Assembly: GCA_020184695.1 (NCBI GenBank)
Contig: JAANOX010000159.1
Location: 136,971-200,970 of the forward strand
From: Histomonas meleagridis 2922-C6/04-290x
Lineage: Eukaryota; Protista; Parabasalia
Reading direction: 5' to 3'
DNA: 64,000 bases
Shown here: positions 58,260 through 64,000 of the stretch, in pieces
How the letters are laid out: each line of letters opens with the position of its first letter
How positions within the stretch are numbered: the first letter of the stretch is position 1
Made by a program: the position numbers and the translations under genes
The notes under the pieces: model-generated
Database searches by the model: none
What the model saw: only the letters and a program-made list of their open reading frames with translations
What the model was told of the DNA's origin: nothing

Positions 58260-58865
58260 ATGCAAGAAGAAACCCTAATTAAACTCTTGATTCTTGGAGA
58301 ATCTGCTGTTGGAAAAAGCTGCCTTCTCCTCCGTTTTGTTGATGATAAGTTTAATGAAACCTTCCTTACAACCATTGGTATTGATTTTAAAGTTCGTCAC
58401 ATGGAAATTGATGGAAAAAAAGTAAAACTTCAAATATGGGACACGGCTGGGCAAGAAAAGTTCAAAACAATCACTAAAGCTTATTACAGAGGAGCAAATG
58501 GAATTCTTATTGTATTCGATCTTACAAACCGAGATTCGTTCGAACAAACAAAAAATTGGATGGACTCAATCACGGAGGCAATGTCAGATCCTGTTGACAT
58601 TGTTCTTGTTGGAAATAAATGTGATATGGATCGGAAAATTTCACGCGAGGAAGCAGAAACAAAAGCAAAGGAATTTAATGTACCATACTTCGAAACGTCT
58701 GCTAAAGAAAATATTAACATTGATGCAACATTTTTGGAATTAGCAAAAATGATTCTTAAACGAAAGGAAACTGCAGTTGATACAAATGTAAATGTCAACA
58801 AAAAAGAACCAAGGAAAATAGATATAACAAAATCAAAAAGCTCTGGTAAAAAATGCTGTAAATAG
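58260..58865 (+). CDS. Rab GTPase, Rab8/Sec4-like
   Basis: GESAVGKS, TIGIDFK, WDTAGQE, YYRGA, GNKCD, ETSAK, C-terminal CC prenylation motif. Confidence 0.93.
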   Translation: MQEETLIKLLILGESAVGKSCLLLRFVDDKFNETFLTTIGIDFKVRHMEIDGKKVKLQIWDTAGQEKFKTITKAYYRGANGILIVFDLTNRDSFEQTKNWMDSITEAMSDPVDIVLVGNKCDMDRKISREEAETKAKEFNVPYFETSAKENINIDATFLELAKMILKRKETAVDTNVNVNKKEPRKIDITKSKSSGKKCCK

Positions 58866-59722
58866 GTGATCCTAAACCAGCGATTTGAAATATTCATTTT
58901 TTCTTGTAATGGTTTTTGCCATGTGTTTTATAAAAGAATATTTTTTGCTTATCATCATTTGTTTCTTATTGATTTTTATTGCTTGATTCTGTAGGAAAAG
59001 TTCCAAAATTTTCGATTATGATGGAATTTGGAATAATAATATGCAAAAATATGTCATTACGAAGTGTAAAATATTCCATCCATATTATTAATGTTTAACT
59101 TAAGTTTATATATGAAATTGGTTATTTAATTTTTACTTTGAGAAGTTTTCAAAGTTTATAAAAGCATATTTTATATTAAATTTTTATAAATGAAAATCTT
59201 TTTTGTTTGCATAAAAAAAGCTTAAATATCATTATTTGAATGTTTAGCTTATACGATTACCTGATTGGAAATACCATAAGTCAATCATTCAATCCTTTAC
59301 TTAAGAAAAATAATGTTTGTTGGAAAATTGAATCCTTTCTTTAATTTTTTATAACTATATTTATGGTTCATTTCTTCCTAAAAAAAGAAAAAAAAAAATT
59401 AAAAATAATGAAGTAATTACAACTTTATTAAATGAATGGCTAATATTGCAATTATTCTATTTCTTAAACATTTATTGTTAAATATGAATTTTCCGAAACT
59501 TCGAAAGTTAAATTTTTAGGTATTTTTCCTGTATGGAAATTCTTTTATTATAAATTCTACATTATTTTTTTTCAAAAAAACATTGCATTTAACGGATGTT
59601 CATCAATAAAAACTATTTATCATTGTTAATTTGACCCATTTTTTGTAATTAACACAAAGATTTCATATTATTCGAAATCAATAATTTAATTTTGTAAGTT
59701 TTTATTTATCAAAAAAATCCAT

Positions 59723-61537
59723 TTATTGAATCTTCCAAATGTAAATTCCACCTTCTTCGCCTACAGACACGATTATTGATTGGTCAGGCGAAAATATTGC
59801 ATTTCTAATATTTCCACAATGTCCTTTTCCAACGTACGCCAATTCGCCTGTTTGGAAATCCCAAACTTTCACCAGTTTATCATCACCTCCTGTTACGAAC
59901 AAAGTACCATCAGGTGATATACATACAGATTTAGGTTGTGCATTAATTGAAGCTTCAAGTTCTCTAATTATAGAACCATTAAAACTATCCCAAAAAATAA
60001 TTCTTTTATCACTTGAGACTGTTATCAATATTTCTGTCTCTTGATGTAAATCAGCACCATTAAAGAATGCTTGTCCTATGAATCTTTGCTTACTAATTAA
60101 CTTTTGGGTGTCCCAAATGATTACACTCCCATCAAACGATGACGATACGAATTCGTTACCATCTTTTGAGAACTTTATTTGCGTTATCTTTTGGTGGTGT
60201 TCTTTCAGCGTCTTAACAAGATTATGGTTTCTTGGACCTATATTCCAGATACAAATGTCACCATTCATACCACCGGATACAGCCATCGAACCATTTGTAG
60301 CAATTGATGTGACACCATTTAAATGTGCATCATTAATGGTCCACATTTCACGACCAGTTTCAGGAGTGTAACTTTTAATTTTACCATCAGCCCAGCCAGT
60401 AATAATCATTTTGCCATCGGCTGGTACACTGATACATAAACATTCACTTCGAGCAATATCAACACGAAGTAATTCTTGATAGGTCCTACTATTCCATACA
60501 TGAAATCCTCCAATTGAACAAGTAACAAAAAGGTCTGAACTTCTTTCTGGAAAGAAAACGTCATCAATTGCAGCACTATGACCTTTAGAAAGAACTTTCG
60601 GCTTAAAGTCATCAGTGTTAATAGAAACTATATCACTTTCACTTGTGCCACAAAGGATTTCATCATTTGTACCTTTGACCATTGAACATGACGTGACTTT
60701 GCCTTTGAGTGTTGTTGACGCAATTAAACTCAAATCTTTGCTATCAAGTACAGCTATAACACCACTACCACTTCCTACGACAATATCTCCCCATGGCGAT
60801 ACTTCTAATGATGCAATGCCTTCACCAAGCATTTTACGTGGCCCAGTGCACATAAGTTTTTGTGATACGTTGTATACTTTAAGGACATCGCCAGTTGTTG
60901 TTCCACAATAAACATATTGATCTTTTGAATCGAGTTGTATACATGTGATAATGCGTTTAACTTGGTCAAGTTTCGCATCCTCAGCTGTGATTTTGATGTT
61001 ACGTTCATCAATAGTCCAATATCGAAGATTTAAATCTCCTCCTGATACAAAAGTGGTATCGCTTGTGTTGGAAAAACAGACTGCACGTGCATTACCAGTG
61101 GAACCTATGGTAGCTTGCTGACCTGTAAAACCTTTTCCACGTGAAATGTCCCATATAACTATTCGATCATCTCCACCAAGTGAAGCTAAGTACTTATCTG
61201 TTTTGGAAAATGACAAACATTGAACAGAATCTCTGTGCATCTTCCATTGATAAAGTTTTGTAAGAGATTTGAAATCCCATAAAATAATACAGCTTTCTTG
61301 ATCAATTGGTGAAAATTGTCCAGACGCAATGTATTTCCCTGTACGAGAAACAGAAACTGCTGTGATTTCACTGGTATGTCCTGATAAAAATCGTTGTGTG
61401 GCAGGTTTACCTTTTTCCATAACAACGAGAATAGAACCTAAAGGATAAACAATATGTTTTCCATTTGGATGAGCTACAAGGCCACCTCGAACATTACCTG
61501 AGAATCCGATTGTGGAGCAAAGTTCCAATTCGGACAT
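59723..61537 (-). CDS. CFAP52: WD40 ciliary protein CFAP52/WDR16
   Basis: N-terminus LELCSTIGFSG...GLVAHP...IVYPLG, Q.FL.GH, YLASLGG.D, and multiple WD repeats ending GHCGNI...SPD...VSVG.EG.IYIW. Confidence 0.85.
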   Translation of the reverse strand: MSELELCSTIGFSGNVRGGLVAHPNGKHIVYPLGSILVVMEKGKPATQRFLSGHTSEITAVSVSRTGKYIASGQFSPIDQESCIILWDFKSLTKLYQWKMHRDSVQCLSFSKTDKYLASLGGDDRIVIWDISRGKGFTGQQATIGSTGNARAVCFSNTSDTTFVSGGDLNLRYWTIDERNIKITAEDAKLDQVKRIITCIQLDSKDQYVYCGTTTGDVLKVYNVSQKLMCTGPRKMLGEGIASLEVSPWGDIVVGSGSGVIAVLDSKDLSLIASTTLKGKVTSCSMVKGTNDEILCGTSESDIVSINTDDFKPKVLSKGHSAAIDDVFFPERSSDLFVTCSIGGFHVWNSRTYQELLRVDIARSECLCISVPADGKMIITGWADGKIKSYTPETGREMWTINDAHLNGVTSIATNGSMAVSGGMNGDICIWNIGPRNHNLVKTLKEHHQKITQIKFSKDGNEFVSSSFDGSVIIWDTQKLISKQRFIGQAFFNGADLHQETEILITVSSDKRIIFWDSFNGSIIRELEASINAQPKSVCISPDGTLFVTGGDDKLVKVWDFQTGELAYVGKGHCGNIRNAIFSPDQSIIVSVGEEGGIYIWKIQ

Positions 61538-61608
61538 TTAAAGATAACGAACATTTTTGACAAAGTTTGCTTGAAATTATCGTACAAATTATAAAAATTA
61601 TTTTTTGT

Positions 61609-62127
61609 TTATTTCTTTCTTTGTAATGTAATGATATGGTTTGTTAACCTGGAAACAGTTACTTCTGTTGTGATAATTTGATCGCGAAGGAAAACTAAAT
61701 TATCTTCGACTTCAGCAATTTGTTTATCTAGATTTTCTAAGTTCTGAGATAGAAGTTCTTCTGCTTCATTAAATGGATATTCAACCATTAAGTTAGCGCC
61801 AAGCCAAAGTGCAACTGTTTTATCATTCTTTAGTTTAGCAGTTCCATAAAGTCCATCAGCTAGTTGGAAATGTGTAACTGATTCATTTTGATAGTTTTGT
61901 GATGCAATTTTTCGAACTGCATCAAGATTTCCGGCAACGTCAGGTCTGTTAGCTTTAAGTTGTTGACGTTTTTCAATTAGATGTTGCTCAAGGATACGGT
62001 ATTTTGTTAACATTTCTTGTTTTTCTTGAAAAACAGTGTTTGCTTTTTCCATTGTGGGTGCTACAGATGCAATATCATCAATAAATTCTGCTTTTGGAAT
62101 TCCAAGAGGTGTTTTGCTTTCAGACAT
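61609..62127 (-). CDS. PFD3: Prefoldin subunit 3 (VBP1)
   Basis: GIPKAEFIDD, YRILEQHL, LWLGANLMVEY, FLRDQIITTEVTVSR. Confidence 0.92.
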   Translation of the reverse strand: MSESKTPLGIPKAEFIDDIASVAPTMEKANTVFQEKQEMLTKYRILEQHLIEKRQQLKANRPDVAGNLDAVRKIASQNYQNESVTHFQLADGLYGTAKLKNDKTVALWLGANLMVEYPFNEAEELLSQNLENLDKQIAEVEDNLVFLRDQIITTEVTVSRLTNHIITLQRKK

Positions 62128-62228
62128 GCTAAGTATAGCCGAACATAGTCTCTCAATTTTGCCGACGGTTTTTTTTGTGGAAAATTTGTCACTTGGGTTT
62201 TCTCCAGCACTTTTCAGTTGATCTCAGA

Positions 62229-62834
62229 ATGGCTGAATATCCTCCAAAGCGAATTATCCCAAAAAGAAATTACATCAGAAGGAAGAAATACTTAAATGAT
62301 TGCATATCACAGATAAAGACTGTTATCCAGTTTATAAATATGGTTCGTGGAACTACAATATCACCACAGGATTGCCAAAACCAAGCTGAAAACCATGCTC
62401 AAACGATAGAAGCTGTGTGCTGGTCACCACACTCTAAGATTTCTGCCCTAGATTACCAAAAATTAATGAATGCAAAAACACAGGAACTTTGCTGGACGTT
62501 GCTCAAGAAATCTCTTCCTCCATTTAAAATCCAACAGATACAAAAGATGGTTATTCCTCAAATTCAGGAAAAATCTCCGACCCCTTCTAGTTTTCCTATT
62601 CCAATTATTGATTCACAAACTCAAAACCAGCCTACCGTTATAAACCAGACGCCGCCACTTCCATACGGGTATCCTCTTAATCCAATGGATAATGATCTAA
62701 ACTTTGATATAGATTTCCGATCAAATAATCCTAGTTTTTTACAATATAACGATACAAGTGAAATGTCACTCCAAAACATTCAACAGTGCTTTGATCAACC
62801 TATTGATAACGATTTCCCTCCTTTGTCAATTTAA
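62229..62834 (+). CDS. Hypothetical protein with P/Q-rich C-terminus
   Basis: Open frame with normal codon usage; probable ATG at 62229. Confidence 0.65.
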   Translation: MAEYPPKRIIPKRNYIRRKKYLNDCISQIKTVIQFINMVRGTTISPQDCQNQAENHAQTIEAVCWSPHSKISALDYQKLMNAKTQELCWTLLKKSLPPFKIQQIQKMVIPQIQEKSPTPSSFPIPIIDSQTQNQPTVINQTPPLPYGYPLNPMDNDLNFDIDFRSNNPSFLQYNDTSEMSLQNIQQCFDQPIDNDFPPLSI

Positions 62835-62918
62835 CTTTTTTCTAATAAACAACGCATACTAACATTTCGGGGTACTCCACGATTATAAACCATTGAATCA
62901 AATTCGTTATTTAAAAAT

Positions 62919-63698
62919 ATGAAAGCTGAGGTAACCCCTCATTCTCCAGAAAACTTGAATTTCCTTTTGTGCGGAAAAATGCCAATCATTAGGAAAACTC
63001 AAAGCAATCAAGCAAAGGAAAGATTACCAGAGATTGTTGATTATGATTTTTCTGCTTTTCCAAAAGAAATAAAGCAAATTCAAGAAAGCACTAGTAGGAA
63101 ACCCAGATCTAAATTTAGTACACGCCAAATTCCAACACAAAGATCAAACGATCTCAAAAAATATAATGAACTTTGCAAAGACAAAGAATTTAGAGAAAAA
63201 GTTAGCTCATACCTTACAGCATACGAAAACAATCATGCAAGGAAAACTCTTCAAATTCATAGAGATTGGGAAGAACTATATATGCATCCATTAATGGAAG
63301 AAATGAAAGAAAAACTACAAGGAGAGGAATATGACGAATTTAAGGAAACAAGAAGAATGGCAGAAACTTCATTGGGAGTTCGTTCAGAATATAATCCACT
63401 TGGTGATATTGAAGCATCATCCCTTCCAAACATAAAATTATCAACAAGAAAATGCGATGACAGAGTACATAAGTACAAAAAACATCTTCTTACAGAGAAA
63501 AGGTTGACAAAAATTGTTGAAAATAGTAATGGCACACAAACACCCAAAAAAAGAAAAGAAAAATATTTGGATTTCGATGCATGGAAACTCCTACCAGAAA
63601 CAAGGTTTGCAATTACACCTAATGGGGAACCTATTAAAAAAGGAAGAAAAACATTTCCCGAAAGAAACAAATGTCAAATCGATTTAAGTCAATTTTAG
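62919..63698 (+). CDS. Hypothetical protein
   Basis: 259-codon K/E/R-rich ORF; no family recognised. Confidence 0.65.
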   Translation: MKAEVTPHSPENLNFLLCGKMPIIRKTQSNQAKERLPEIVDYDFSAFPKEIKQIQESTSRKPRSKFSTRQIPTQRSNDLKKYNELCKDKEFREKVSSYLTAYENNHARKTLQIHRDWEELYMHPLMEEMKEKLQGEEYDEFKETRRMAETSLGVRSEYNPLGDIEASSLPNIKLSTRKCDDRVHKYKKHLLTEKRLTKIVENSNGTQTPKKRKEKYLDFDAWKLLPETRFAITPNGEPIKKGRKTFPERNKCQIDLSQF

Positions 63699-63852
63699 TT
63701 TTTGTTTGCTAAATAAAATGTTTGACCATCAAAAATTTTAACATAAAGGAAGGAAACTATCAATGGAATTTATTTAAATTTTTTTTTAAGATATCAATTT
63801 CATGTTTATATAAAAATATTATTTTAGTAAAATAATTTTATTGTTATCAAAA

Positions 63853-63925
63853 GTACCACTGGCCCAATGGATAAGGCGTGTGCCTACGGAGCATGAGATT
63901 CCAGGTTCGAGTCCTGGGTGGTACA
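63853..63925 (+). tRNA. trnR-ACG: tRNA-Arg (ACG)
   Basis: Acceptor GTACCAC/GTGGTAC, D-arm GCCCAATGGATAAGGC, anticodon loop CT-ACG-GA, T-arm CCAGG-TTCGAGT-CCTGG, followed by a T-run Pol III terminator. Confidence 0.95.
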
Positions 63926-64000
63926 TTTTTTTGATTTTTCAGTTGCAAGTATTTTTAAGTCGAGAAAATGACATCACCGGAATCATCATCCCTGATAATC

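Noticed and set aside
63968-64000. Possible gene start ATGACATCACCG at the window edge
   Set aside because: Only 11 codons are visible, so it cannot be supported.

Overview
AT-rich, gene-dense eukaryotic nuclear DNA, almost certainly from a parabasalid (Tritrichomonas/Histomonas/Trichomonas-like). This call rests on the many BspA/TpLRR surface proteins, DUF3447-type ankyrin genes, CCTTT (M5) and TCATT (Inr) core-promoter motifs, and largely intronless genes. Housekeeping genes: eL22, eL31, uS5, exportin-7-like, INO1, MLH1, H2A, a TKL kinase, Aurora kinase, a divergent STT3, an AMT1/MTA1-type MT-A70 methyltransferase, a Rab8/Sec4-like GTPase, CFAP52, prefoldin 3, a RapGAP-domain protein and tRNA-Arg(ACG). 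Accessory content: BspA genes and pseudogenes, two head-to-head ankyrin genes, a decayed MULE transposase, a mariner-like HTH remnant, a ~375 bp (ATTT)n tract and a motif-rich element-like segment. Top observation: in both ankyrin genes the repeats are interrupted at the same beta-turn position by 63-82 nt AT-rich, non-GT-AG spacers. In seven spacers a GG(A/T) triplet (GAA in one) begins exactly 23 nt before the resuming Thr codon, and the 9 nt ending in that triplet encode the otherwise missing x-x-Gly of the ankyrin turn. This suggests an undescribed non-canonical splicing or micro-exon system. Several single-base homopolymer frameshifts may be assembly errors.
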